Positions 48,736 to 58,034 are shown, numbered from the stretch's first letter. The stretch: DNA of 64,000 nt from an uncultured Chloroflexia bacterium (GCA_963705425.1 CAVPJO010000012.1:74361-138360); one strand, 5' to 3'. The notes: generated by a model not told the origin, from the letters alone. Translations and numbers: made by a program.

Positions 48736-48902
48736 CCAGCGACCAGAGCGCAGAGTCAGCCAGTGGCCGCGGCCTACGCGTAGCCAGCCAGCGGCGACAG
48801 GCGACGATGCCCTGCGACACCACGTCGTAGGCCTCGATTGGGCCGTCGCTGAGCCGATGCTGGAGACGGAGCCCGAGCATCCACTTCCCCGGATCGCAGT
48901 CC

Positions 48903-50228
48903 TCAGCTCCCGGCGCAGTCGTCCGGCTGGTTGTGACGGACGTTCCCGCCGCAGACGACACCAACGAGGGTGCCGCTGCTCGCCACCCCACCCCCGGGCG
49001 AGGCTGCGCTGTTGCCGGTGACCGAGCTGGAGCCGCTCATGGTCAGCGTGCCGCTGTTGGCGATCCCTCCGCCCTGGGCCTTGGCCGTGTTGCTGCGGAC
49101 CGAGCTGGTGCCGGCCAGCTCGAGGCTGCCGCTGTTGATGATGCCACCGCCCGCGCCGGTGGCCCTGTTGCCTCGGACGACCACGTTCCGTAGCTTGAGC
49201 GCTCCCCGGTTGACGATGCCACCGCCTTGCTTGCTCGCCCCGGCCCGGATGGTCAGGGCCCCGATCGTGACCGACACGCCAGCGGGGATGCTCACCACGG
49301 TGCCTCGATCCATGCCCGCGAGGGTGGGCTCACCGGAGCCCTTGGTGCGGATGCCGCTGATGGCGAGGTCCTTGCCCACGGTGCTGAGGCCACGGCAGAT
49401 ACCACGCACGGTGAGCCGGTCGCCGGCCCGGGCAGCCTCGACCGCCTTCTGCAGGCTGGTCCTGGTCTTGCCGCTATCGATGTTGCGTACACGGCAGGCC
49501 TTGCGTGGCGGCGCGAGACCGAGCATCTTGCCCAGGTCCACGAGCTTGTAGCCGCGCGACCGGTAGCTGTCGATGATCGGACCCACTGCCGATGGGGTGA
49601 CGCTGGGTCCGCAATGCAGCAGCACGATGGCGCCACGGCCACCCCGGATGGCGTTGTGGATGACGCTGCTTCTGGTGGCTCCGGGCCGAGTGTCTCCGCT
49701 GTCCGTATCCCACAGAACCGTGTGGTAGCCCAAGCCTTTGGCGATGCCAAGCACCTGGTTGTCGTAGGCGCCGTACGGGGGTCTCAGCAGGCGCAGCATC
49801 GGCCGACGGAGTGCGTGCTCGATGGCCTGCTCATTGGTCCGGATCTCGGCACGGACCCGTGTCGCGCTGAGGCGGTTCAGCCAGGCGTGTGTCAGCGTGT
49901 GGTTGGCGACCGCGAAACCGCTGAGCATGCGGCGCCACTGGCTCGGATCGCGCCTGATGACCGAGCCGTTGATGAAGAACGTCGCGGTGGCGCGCTTGGC
50001 TCTCAGCGTCCGGACGATCTGCCCGCATCGATCCGCACTCCAGCCGTCGTCGAAGGTGAGCGCCACCCAGGGACGTTCGCGCGAGCCATGCCTGATGACT
50101 GACGCTGCCTCCGCCTCGAGCCCGACCACGAGGACCATGACCAAGCACAGCAGCACCGATCCGAAGCGCAGCCCATGCCAGCCGATCCCAGCCTCGTCGC
50201 TGGACTCGCGGCTGAGAGCTCGCTGCAT
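48903..50228 (-). CDS. Secreted/membrane-anchored NodB-type polysaccharide deacetylase fused to a right-handed beta-helix (GGGI-x-N-x-G repeat) domain
   Basis: Frame of ORF 48903..50462. NodB motifs TFDDGW, NHTLTH, LLRPPYGAYD, VLWDTDSGD and IVLLHC. C-terminal repeats GGGIVNRGALKL, GGGIINSGSLEL, GGGIANSGTLTM and GGGVASSGTLVG. Start uncertain (ATG 50228 or 50294). Confidence 0.8.
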   Translation of the reverse strand: MQRALSRESSDEAGIGWHGLRFGSVLLCLVMVLVVGLEAEAASVIRHGSRERPWVALTFDDGWSADRCGQIVRTLRAKRATATFFINGSVIRRDPSQWRRMLSGFAVANHTLTHAWLNRLSATRVRAEIRTNEQAIEHALRRPMLRLLRPPYGAYDNQVLGIAKGLGYHTVLWDTDSGDTRPGATRSSVIHNAIRGGRGAIVLLHCGPSVTPSAVGPIIDSYRSRGYKLVDLGKMLGLAPPRKACRVRNIDSGKTRTSLQKAVEAARAGDRLTVRGICRGLSTVGKDLAISGIRTKGSGEPTLAGMDRGTVVSIPAGVSVTIGALTIRAGASKQGGGIVNRGALKLRNVVVRGNRATGAGGGIINSGSLELAGTSSVRSNTAKAQGGGIANSGTLTMSGSSSVTGNSAASPGGGVASSGTLVGVVCGGNVRHNQPDDCAGS

Positions 50229-50477
50229 CCGCGTCTCCTCGGTAGCGTTGCGCCGCGCCTGCGAGATCGCGTGGCTGGTAACCGAGAGTAGCATCGCCGA
50301 CCCGCCATTCTTGCGCGTGCGTGCGCTGAGCGGGCCGGCTCCCGGGACGAGCGGACCGGTCCGTCGTCGGCGATGAGCACACGCCCGACCTCGAGCAAGG
50401 TGGCCGTGACAAGTGTCAGACCGTCTGCCATCCGCGCCGGGAAGAGGACCAGGCTCGCGCACCTGTGGCCGGTCGGC

Positions 50478-50624
50478 TCAGACCGTCCCGGATATCGCTG
50501 CGAAGACGTAGGCGAACGCGGCCATGAACAAGTAGGCGATGAGCGCCATGTCCGGAGGGCCATGTTCGGAGGATCGCCCCCGATCGTCTGCGGCCGAATG
50601 CCCGTGGTCGTCGGTGCCGTTCAT
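50478..50624 (-). CDS. Candidate 48-aa small membrane protein (not in the ORF track)
   Basis: GGAGG (complement of 50633-50637) sits 8 nt upstream of ATG (50624). Translation: MNGTDDHGHSAADDRGRSSEHGPPDMALIAYLFMAAFAYVFAAISGTV. It has a His/Asp-rich head and one TM helix. Confidence 0.3.
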   Translation of the reverse strand: MNGTDDHGHSAADDRGRSSEHGPPDMALIAYLFMAAFAYVFAAISGTV

Positions 50625-50822
50625 GTGCCTGACCTCCGATGTGTCGCTGTGTCGTCGATGAGCACACCTTCAACCTGGGCGGGCGCCCACGCATCGGGCT
50701 GGGCCTTAGCGGCTGACTCATTTGGCGCGTGGGCCCTGCTTCCCGCGACGGGCGCGCGAAATGAGGCGGCATCTAAGGACCAGCCCGATGACATGCACGC
50801 GGGTGAGCCTCAGTCTGCGGTC

Positions 50823-53546
50823 ATGAACACCTCGACGACGGCCCACGAACCGGCGAGCAGGGTCGCGACCGGGCCGCCCCTCGACCCTCGGATCGCTGAG
50901 CTCAGCGGCGAGACGCTCGTGGAGCTGCTGAACCGCGCGGTGGCGCGCACACCGGAATCGGTAGCCATGGTCATCCGGCGCGGCATGGCCGATGAGCGCT
51001 GGACCTACCGACAGCTGTCCGAGCGTACCGAGCGCATCGCTCGGAACCTGCAGCGTGCCGGAGTCGGCCCCGGCGACCGGGTCCTGACCTGGTCGCAGAA
51101 CGACCCCTGGTTGGTCGCGGCCTACTTCGCGGTGTGGCGCTGCGGCGCTGCCATCGTGCCGCTCGACCTGCGCATGCAGACCGACGTGGCTATCCGCATC
51201 GGCAAGAGGACCCGGCCCGCGCTCCTGCTCGCCGGGCCGGACGCGGATGGCGAGGCCGCGGCGGCACTTGGTGTGACCGTCCTCAGCGTCGATGAAGCAG
51301 GCCTCGACCCAGAGGCCCATCGCACCACCCAGACCGCGGACACCTGCGACGCGCCGGAACCTCCGCTGCACACGCTGCCCTTCCCGAAGGTCGTGAGCGG
51401 GAACACCGCCGAGGTCATCTGCACCAGTGGCACGACGTCAGACCCCAAGGGTGTCGTCCTGACCCATGGCCAGATCGTGCACACCGCGCGAGCCATCACC
51501 CAGACCGGCCGCGGCAAGCGACCGGACCGCGCCCTGGCCATCGTGCCCATGTCGCATATGTACGGCCAGACCGTGCCCCTGCTGGCGGGCTTCATGTCTG
51601 GCTCGACGCTCGTATTCCTGCAGGCCCTCACGCCCAAGGTCATGACGGCCACGATGCAGCGAGAGCGCATCACCGCCATCACGCTCGCACCACAGGTGAT
51701 CAGCATCCTGCTCCAAAGCGTGGAGAACGAGGCTCGGCGCAGCGGTCAGGAAGCGAAGCTGCGGCGTGCCCAGCGCGTCGCTCGCTGGCTGCCTTTCCCG
51801 CTGCGGCGCCTGCTGTTCCGCTCGGTGCTGGAACGACTCGGAGGAGCTCTCGAGGTCATCACCAGCGGTGGAGCCATGCTCAGTGAGGAACTGCAGCGGT
51901 CCTGGGAGACATTCGGTATCCGCATCGTCCAGGGCTATGGCACGACCGAGTGCGCAGCGGTCTGCGGCCATGAGCGCGCGCGACAACGCACAGGCACCGT
52001 CGGCCCGCCGCTGGCCGGCATCGAGGTGCGCATCGCCGAAGACGGGGAGCTGCTGGTCCGCGGCCCCAACGTCATGCGCGGCTACTGGGAAGCCCCCGAG
52101 GCCACCGCCGAGGTGCTCGATGCTGAGGGCTGGTTGCATACCGGCGACGCCGCGCGGATCGACCATCGAGGCGAGGTGGTGATCTTGGGCCGGACCCGCG
52201 ACCGCATTTCCCTGCCCAGCGGCCTGAACGTCTATCCCGAGGATGTGCAGGCGGCGCTGGTCGACACGGGCGCGGTGCGTGCAGCGGTGGTCTTCGAGCC
52301 GACTGCGGGTCGCCTGGCCGCTGTGCTCGTGCCCAATGACCGGGGCTCGGAGGAGGCCGTTCTGGACGCAGCGGTGCGGCAGGCCAATGCGGCGCTCGCG
52401 CCTCACCAGCGGGTCGGCACCTGGCGGCGCTGGCCGGAGGATGACTTCCCACGTACCCATACGCGCAAGGTCCGTCCCGGACCCGTGAAGGCGTGGTATG
52501 CGCAGGCTGCCGCCGGGTCGAGCGGGGCCGAAAGCACGCCGAGCGCCACCGGGACTCGACCGACCGGCCCACCGGGATCGACAGAGATCACGCTGGACGC
52601 GGTCGCGGCCATCCTGTCGGCGGTCATCGCCGATGCTCGCGGAGGCCAGGTGCCGAGCATCACGCATCGCACCACGTTGCCCTCGCTCGAGCTGGAGTCC
52701 CTGACCGTGGTGACGCTTGCCCTGCGACTCGACGAGGCCTTCGGTGCGCCGCTCTCGGACGACGAGATCGTGAGCGCCACTGACGTTGCGGCCCTGCACG
52801 CGCTGGTGGCGCTCCGCCAGGGGCAGCCGCCCGCTCCGCCACCGTCTCGCTGGGCCTTCACGCGACCGGCGCGGCTGCTGCGTCGGGTGCTGGACGCAGC
52901 CTTCACCAACCTCGCCATCCGCATGGTCACGAGGCTCCGGGTCGAGGGTTCCCGGAACCTGGCAGCCCTGCCTGGCCCGGTGCTCATCTGTCCCAACCAC
53001 ACCAGCCACCTCGACGCCCCGGTCGTGCGTGCCGCCTTGCCCCAGGCTTTGCGCGATCGGACCGCCATCGCCGCCGCCGCCGACGTCTGGTTCGACGGCA
53101 GTCCCTGGGGTCCCGCCACCGAGCTGGCCCTGGGCGCCATTCCCTTCGGGCGGTCAGCGGACATCCGGGCCTCGCTCGAGCGTGTGGCCGACCTGGTGAA
53201 TGCCGGTTTCAACGTCATCATCTTCCCCGAGGGCACGCGCTCAGCCGATGGCCACCTGGGCCCCATGCGCGAGGGCATCGGCCTGCTGGCCACGAACCTT
53301 GGTGTCCCGGTCGTGCCGGTCAACATCGAGGGCGCTCATGTGATCTTGCCCAAGGGCGCGTGGATGCCCCGCCGCCGGCGTGGCGGAGGCGTGCGCGTCC
53401 GGTTCGGGATGCCGTTGGACCCCGACCCTGCGGCTGGCGTCAAGGAGTCGACCGTTCGGGTCGGACGTGCCATCGAGAAGCTGGCCGGTCAGGTCGGGAC
53501 GGCCACGAGCCCGGAGCGATCTAGCCGCCGTCCACGGCGGCCGTAG
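50823..53546 (+). CDS. Tri-domain fatty-acyl-AMP ligase / acyl carrier domain / PlsC-type lysophospholipid acyltransferase
   Basis: Frame of ORF 50373..53546. AMP-binding motifs ICTSGTTSDPKGVVLTHGQI, GYGTTEC and GDAARIDHRGEVVILGRTRDRI. Carrier-domain Ser context LELESLTVVTLALRLDEAFG. PlsC motifs CPNHTSHLDAPV (HX4D) and IFPEGTRS. Start uncertain (ATG 50793 or 50823). Confidence 0.85.
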   Translation: MNTSTTAHEPASRVATGPPLDPRIAELSGETLVELLNRAVARTPESVAMVIRRGMADERWTYRQLSERTERIARNLQRAGVGPGDRVLTWSQNDPWLVAAYFAVWRCGAAIVPLDLRMQTDVAIRIGKRTRPALLLAGPDADGEAAAALGVTVLSVDEAGLDPEAHRTTQTADTCDAPEPPLHTLPFPKVVSGNTAEVICTSGTTSDPKGVVLTHGQIVHTARAITQTGRGKRPDRALAIVPMSHMYGQTVPLLAGFMSGSTLVFLQALTPKVMTATMQRERITAITLAPQVISILLQSVENEARRSGQEAKLRRAQRVARWLPFPLRRLLFRSVLERLGGALEVITSGGAMLSEELQRSWETFGIRIVQGYGTTECAAVCGHERARQRTGTVGPPLAGIEVRIAEDGELLVRGPNVMRGYWEAPEATAEVLDAEGWLHTGDAARIDHRGEVVILGRTRDRISLPSGLNVYPEDVQAALVDTGAVRAAVVFEPTAGRLAAVLVPNDRGSEEAVLDAAVRQANAALAPHQRVGTWRRWPEDDFPRTHTRKVRPGPVKAWYAQAAAGSSGAESTPSATGTRPTGPPGSTEITLDAVAAILSAVIADARGGQVPSITHRTTLPSLELESLTVVTLALRLDEAFGAPLSDDEIVSATDVAALHALVALRQGQPPAPPPSRWAFTRPARLLRRVLDAAFTNLAIRMVTRLRVEGSRNLAALPGPVLICPNHTSHLDAPVVRAALPQALRDRTAIAAAADVWFDGSPWGPATELALGAIPFGRSADIRASLERVADLVNAGFNVIIFPEGTRSADGHLGPMREGIGLLATNLGVPVVPVNIEGAHVILPKGAWMPRRRRGGGVRVRFGMPLDPDPAAGVKESTVRVGRAIEKLAGQVGTATSPERSSRRPRRP

Positions 53547-53829
53547 AGTGACCCGTTCGTGCCGATCCTGGCTAGTCCCAGGCTCGCCAAACTAGCCTTC
53601 GAACCGGGGGCTCGTGCAAACCAGCGACGAGGCCTGAGGCCCTTGCCGCGATGGCCTGGAGCAGCCATGCCATGCTTGTCCAAGCCACAGGCTCGGAGGC
53701 GGCTATCCGTGATTACCCGGATAGCTGAAGAACACCATATGTACAGGGAGATGCGATGACAGACGACCAGCAGACCCCCAGGACGTAGACGCCGCAGTAG
53801 CCAGCCAAGTCGACGACACCGGCGCGACC

Positions 53830-54387
53830 GTGGTGGCCGCTGTCGGCGACGACACCGGCGTGCAGGCCGCAGGTGCGGTCGTGACCGATTACGACTCCGC
53901 GGCCATCGTGGCCGTCTTCAACGACGAGGACGCGGCCATCGCGGCATACGGCAACCTCCAGGATGCCGAGTCGAACAGCGGCCTCGGCATCGAGGGCGTG
54001 CTCGTCATCAAGACCGATGACCAGGGCAAGGTCAAGATCCAGAAGATGACCGATCACTCCACCAAGACCGGTGTCAAGTGGGGCGTGGTCGGCGGCATCG
54101 TGCTGGGTATCTTCTTCCCGCCCACGATCATCGCGGGTGCGGTCGGTGCCGGCATCGCCGGCGGCGTGCTCGGCAAGATCCGTAACGAGTGGCACAAGTC
54201 CGAGGCCAGTGAGGCCCTGACCGGTGCCCTCGGGCCCAACCAGTCGGGCATCCTCGCCCTCGTCAGGGCCAACGACGTCGCGGCCGTCACGGCCAAGATG
54301 CCAGCCGCCACCAGCGTGCGCAGCGCCGGTGTCGATGACAAGACCGCCCAGTCCATCAATGACGCGGTCGCCCAGGCCTCGTCCTGA
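53830..54387 (+). CDS. DUF1269-like membrane protein (glycine-zipper TM region)
   Basis: AIVAVFNDEDAAIAAYGNLQ...GVLVIKTDDQGKVKIQK...GVVGGIVLGIFFPPTIIAGAVGAGIAGGVLG. A better-placed SD+ATG at 53756 is out of frame by one base across a C5 run (53775-53779), so the true start may be 53756. Confidence 0.6.
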   Translation: MVAAVGDDTGVQAAGAVVTDYDSAAIVAVFNDEDAAIAAYGNLQDAESNSGLGIEGVLVIKTDDQGKVKIQKMTDHSTKTGVKWGVVGGIVLGIFFPPTIIAGAVGAGIAGGVLGKIRNEWHKSEASEALTGALGPNQSGILALVRANDVAAVTAKMPAATSVRSAGVDDKTAQSINDAVAQASS

Positions 54388-54472
54388 CAAGCTGAACCAG
54401 AACGAGCCCCCGGCCCGGATGTACCGGCCGGGGGCTCGTTGCATCCTGGGCAGGGCAGCGGCGTGTAGGGCC

Positions 54473-55645
54473 TCAGTCGCGCTCGACGGGCCCGGCACCA
54501 GGGGAGGCCTCGACGGCAAAGACGCTCGGTTCGATGCCCGTAGCCCCCGCATACGTTCGCTCGACCCGCGCAGCGAAGGCTTCGACCCGAGCGCGCTCGA
54601 CGATGGCCACCAGGCAGCCCCCGAACCCGGCGCCGGCCTGGCGCCGCGCGATGAGCCCAGGTGCGCCGGTCATGGCCTCATGCATCGCGGTCATCGACGG
54701 CGCCCCGATCTCGAACAGCCGGGTGGCGCCTTCGAACGAAGCCTCGAAGAGTCGGTGCAGTTCGTCGTGGTCTCCGCGGGTCAGAGCATCGGCCAGGTCC
54801 AGCACGCGCTGGTTCTCCTCGATGATGAAGCGGCAGCGCCGGGCCACCACCGGCGGCAGTTCCGCCTCGTGGGCCTCGAAGAGCTCCAGGCTCACGTCAC
54901 GCAAAGCCGTGACGCCGGGTTCGGATCGGGCGATGTGGTGCACGCCGGCCTCGCACTGTGTCCGGCGCTCGTCGTACTCGCTGCCGGCCAGCTGTCGCGG
55001 CGCCCGAGTGTCGCAGATGACGACGGCGAGCTCGGGAGCGATGCTCACCGGGCGGCTGCTGAGCGCCCGGCAGTCGAGCAGCAGGGCATGGCCGGCCGTG
55101 CCCAGCACCGAGGTGTACTGGTCGAGGATGCCGCAGCTCACGCCCACGAACTCGTTCTCGACCCGCTGGCCCAGGAGAGCCAGCGCCAACGGCTCGAACT
55201 CGATGTCGCTGACCGATCCAAAGGCCAGCAACGTGGCCGTCTCGATGGCCGCCGACGAGGAAAGGCCGCTGCCGAAAGGGACGGTGCTGTGCAGCAGCCC
55301 ATCGAAGCCGGCGAGGTCCGCGCCGTCGTCGAGGAGGATCCGCGCCGCGCCGCGCACGTAGTCCGTCCAGGGCACAGCCGCGTCGTGCTCGATAGCGTCG
55401 AGGCCGAAGTCGGCCGTCCCCGCCAGGTTGAGCGAGGCGATGCGCACACGACGGTCATCACGCGGCCGGATGGCGATCCAGGTGTCCCGGTCGACCGTCA
55501 TGGTGGCCACGTAGCCGTCGTTGTAGTCGGTATGACTGCCCATCAGGTCGACCCGCCCCGGTGCCCGGAACCAGGCTGCCGGCTGCTCACCGTAGAGCTT
55601 CGCGAACTCGAGGCTGAGCGCTTCCTTCCGCCGCGCCTGGTCCAT
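54473..55645 (-). CDS. galK: Galactokinase
   Basis: APGRVDLMGSHTDYNDG, GLSSSAA and GAGFGGCLVA are GHMP-kinase/galactokinase signatures. Confidence 0.92.
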   Translation of the reverse strand: MDQARRKEALSLEFAKLYGEQPAAWFRAPGRVDLMGSHTDYNDGYVATMTVDRDTWIAIRPRDDRRVRIASLNLAGTADFGLDAIEHDAAVPWTDYVRGAARILLDDGADLAGFDGLLHSTVPFGSGLSSSAAIETATLLAFGSVSDIEFEPLALALLGQRVENEFVGVSCGILDQYTSVLGTAGHALLLDCRALSSRPVSIAPELAVVICDTRAPRQLAGSEYDERRTQCEAGVHHIARSEPGVTALRDVSLELFEAHEAELPPVVARRCRFIIEENQRVLDLADALTRGDHDELHRLFEASFEGATRLFEIGAPSMTAMHEAMTGAPGLIARRQAGAGFGGCLVAIVERARVEAFAARVERTYAGATGIEPSVFAVEASPGAGPVERD

Positions 55646-55648
55646 GGC

Positions 55649-56668
55649 TCAGCCGAGCTCCGCCATCACGTCGAGGAGGGCCTCGATGTTGCCCATGGGT
55701 ACGTCGCTCATGATGCGGTGTGACGGTGCCAGCATCAGACCGGTGCCCTCCGGCGCGAGGGTCGCCACGCACGTGCGCGCCGCCTCGCGTACCTCGGCGG
55801 GCGTGCCGTAGGGCAGCACGGTCTGGGTGGAGACGCCGCCGTAGAAGGCGAGCCTGCGGTCGAACTCTGCGTGCAACCACTGATGGTCGACGACCTCCGG
55901 CTGGACCGGGTTGAGCGCCGTGAGGCCGATCTCGACGAGGTCGGGCACGATCGGCCCGATGTCACCGTCGGAGTGCATCATCACGGGCAGGCCACGCTCG
56001 AGGAACGGGGCGAAGAGCCGGGCCAGGCGCGGCTTGACGAGCTCCCGCCAGGTCACCGGAGAGAAGAGCGTGCTCACCTGGGCCCCGTAGTCGTCGCCGA
56101 AGTAGCCACCGTCGACTCCGAGCTCGAGGTAGCGCTCGATGACCACCAGACGGATGTCCACGATGCGGTCCATCAGCTCCCCGATGTAGCCCGGATCGAG
56201 GGCCAGCTCGAGGAGCGTGGACTCGAAGCCACGCAGCGACCAGGCGCGCTCGAAGAGGGCCCAGCCGATGTTGGGCACCACGAAGGCGCTGTCGCCGACC
56301 TCGGCCCGGATGCGCCGGGCATCGTCGAGCAGATGGGCATCGTGCGGGTCGGGCCAGTCGTAGGCGTCGAGGTCCTTGTCGTCACCGAGGGGTGCGACGC
56401 GGATGTAGTAGCCCTCCTCCTCGGTATCGTGCCCGGCGCCCCACCAGTCGAAGCGGGCCCTGCCGTCTTCGCTGAAGCGTTGCGGGTAGGTCATGTCCAG
56501 ACGCCGGAGGTGGTTGTCGAGCCGTTCGGGCAGATCGGCGACGTCGACGCCGAAGTGCGCGGCCATGGCCTGACCCATCGAGGCGGTGTAGTTGAACTGC
56601 GTGGGCAGCCGGTCCAGCGGCTGGTAGGTGAGGGCTCGCCGCACTCGTTCGCTCCGGGTCAGTTCCAT
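55649..56668 (-). CDS. Uroporphyrinogen decarboxylase (URO-D) family protein, second copy
   Basis: Frame of ORF 55649..57256. Start at ATG 56668 (MELTRSERVRRALTYQPLDRLP). ...FGDDYGAQ...MHSDGDI...NPVQPE. The stop lies 3 nt before the galK ATG. Confidence 0.7.
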   Translation of the reverse strand: MELTRSERVRRALTYQPLDRLPTQFNYTASMGQAMAAHFGVDVADLPERLDNHLRRLDMTYPQRFSEDGRARFDWWGAGHDTEEEGYYIRVAPLGDDKDLDAYDWPDPHDAHLLDDARRIRAEVGDSAFVVPNIGWALFERAWSLRGFESTLLELALDPGYIGELMDRIVDIRLVVIERYLELGVDGGYFGDDYGAQVSTLFSPVTWRELVKPRLARLFAPFLERGLPVMMHSDGDIGPIVPDLVEIGLTALNPVQPEVVDHQWLHAEFDRRLAFYGGVSTQTVLPYGTPAEVREAARTCVATLAPEGTGLMLAPSHRIMSDVPMGNIEALLDVMAELG

Positions 56669-56766
56669 GCGTCCTCGTCCTGGTCGTCCTGCACTGACAC
56701 TACTACCAGAGCGGAAGCTGGCTCGACGCGCCAACGGTCCCGACGCCGCGCCCTGCCCTTCGGCCC

Positions 56767-56794
56767 TTGACCGCATCACCTGACGATCTAGCAT
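56767..56794 (+). promoter_or_regulatory. Candidate sigma-70-type promoter TTGACC-N16-TAGCAT
   Basis: TTGACC at 56767-56772 and TAGCAT at 56789-56794, about 38 nt upstream of ATG 56832. That ATG has an AGGGGG SD. Confidence 0.4.
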
Positions 56795-56831
56795 CGGGTA
56801 GTGCCTGCGAGCATGCACATAGGGGGCTTCG

Positions 56832-57983
56832 ATGAGCGCTGTCATGAATCGATCCAGGGCTGGTTTGCGCCCGGCGTTGGCCTGGGGCCTGGCAGGGGCG
56901 ATCTCCATGGGCATGGTGCTGGGCACGGCTCCGCCTGAGGTGCAGGCAGCCGGTCCCACCATCACCTTCCGGGCCTGGCTCGACAACGACTGCGTCAGCG
57001 GCACGGCACCGCGAGCCTCGAAGGTGCGGGTCACCTGGAAGAGCGCCGCTGGGGGCCTCAAGAAGAAAGGCCTGGTTCGCGCCGGGAAGAACGGCGAGTG
57101 GTCGATGTGCTCCAGCAGCACGGTGAGGCGGGGGGACAGGCTCAAGGCCAGGGTCGGCAAGGTCGGTCGCACCGTGCGTGTGCCGCGGCTCGACTTCGAG
57201 GTCGATCGTGACGCGGACGCCGTGAGCGGCGTGACCAAGGCCCGAAGAACGCTCATCGTCCAGTATTGCTACTGGTCCGAGCGCTACCGGCGCACCCGGT
57301 GCGACATCCTGGAGGGGAGGTCTGCGGGTGACGGCCGGTTCTCCGTGGACACGGACGACAGCGTCACCGCATACGGCGACATCCGTGGTGGCGACCGGGT
57401 CACGGTCTTCCTGCTCGGAGGCAAGGACCTCTTCGGTCGCGACCAGCTGACCCCATACGTGGGCGTTCGATCGGGTGGTTCGCAGCTGGCCGGCGCCTAC
57501 CGACCGGCGGCCACGCTGGCGGTGCACCTGCTGGACGAAGATGGTGACCCAAAGGCCGACTGGAGTGGACCCGCCAACGGACACAAGAAGGCCTGGTCAC
57601 GGATCTACAAGGGCTATGTCCGCATCGCCGGCCAGTTCAGCGGGAACTTCCAACCTGGTGGGCAGCCGGTCGCGGTCGGTGACATGTTCACCTCACCCGC
57701 GTTGCCACCGACGCCCGGGCGGACGGTCCTGGACCTCCAGGTCTCCGGCGACGCTGCGACCGATGTCGTGCAGGGAACCTGTGCCACCAGGACACGCTTC
57801 GTGTTGACTGCAACCTCACCTGGCGGTGCGAAGCACGCATATCCGATGGCCGTCAGCGGACAGGACGGACAGTTCACGCGAGATCTCACCGGGAAGCTGA
57901 ACCTCGTGGAGGGCTCGGTGATCCGGCTGACGTGTCACGAGTGGACCGGCGACCGGGTCATGCTCCGGGTCGTGGTCGACTGA
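56832..57983 (+). CDS. Secreted hypothetical protein
   Basis: Signal peptide ...LAWGLAGAISMGMVLGTAPPEVQAAG. Consistent GC3-rich coding frame. No family recognised. Confidence 0.55.
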   Translation: MSAVMNRSRAGLRPALAWGLAGAISMGMVLGTAPPEVQAAGPTITFRAWLDNDCVSGTAPRASKVRVTWKSAAGGLKKKGLVRAGKNGEWSMCSSSTVRRGDRLKARVGKVGRTVRVPRLDFEVDRDADAVSGVTKARRTLIVQYCYWSERYRRTRCDILEGRSAGDGRFSVDTDDSVTAYGDIRGGDRVTVFLLGGKDLFGRDQLTPYVGVRSGGSQLAGAYRPAATLAVHLLDEDGDPKADWSGPANGHKKAWSRIYKGYVRIAGQFSGNFQPGGQPVAVGDMFTSPALPPTPGRTVLDLQVSGDAATDVVQGTCATRTRFVLTATSPGGAKHAYPMAVSGQDGQFTRDLTGKLNLVEGSVIRLTCHEWTGDRVMLRVVVD

Positions 57984-58003
57984 GCGCCTTTTCGGCGGAG
58001 GTC

Positions 58004-58034
58004 AGCGCATGTGTATATCACATACACATGCGCT
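58004..58034. promoter_or_regulatory. Perfect inverted repeat (12-13 bp arms): probable VapB operator overlapping the vapBC promoter
   Basis: AGCGCATGTGTA (58004-58015) and TACACATGCGCT (58023-58034) are exact reverse complements. A third half-site ATACACATG (58041-58049) overlaps the vapB ATG. TATTCT (58034-58039) is a TAnnnT -10 box 7 nt before ATG 58047. Confidence 0.6.

Noticed and set aside
48370-48783. ORF 48370..48783 (137 aa) as a real gene in the 560-bp gap.
   Set aside because: It has poor codon bias for this genome, a Cys/Arg/Ser-rich start, spans the tandem duplications, and lacks an SD. It is more likely non-coding regulatory DNA.
53570-53610. TTCGAA-containing segment and 7-bp hairpin (GGCTAGT...ACTAGCC) downstream of the FAAL fusion, checked as a possible tRNA T-arm or intrinsic terminator.
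   Set aside because: No acceptor, D or anticodon arms can be drawn around it on either strand. The hairpin has a 14-nt loop and no U-tract, so it is not convincing as a terminator either.
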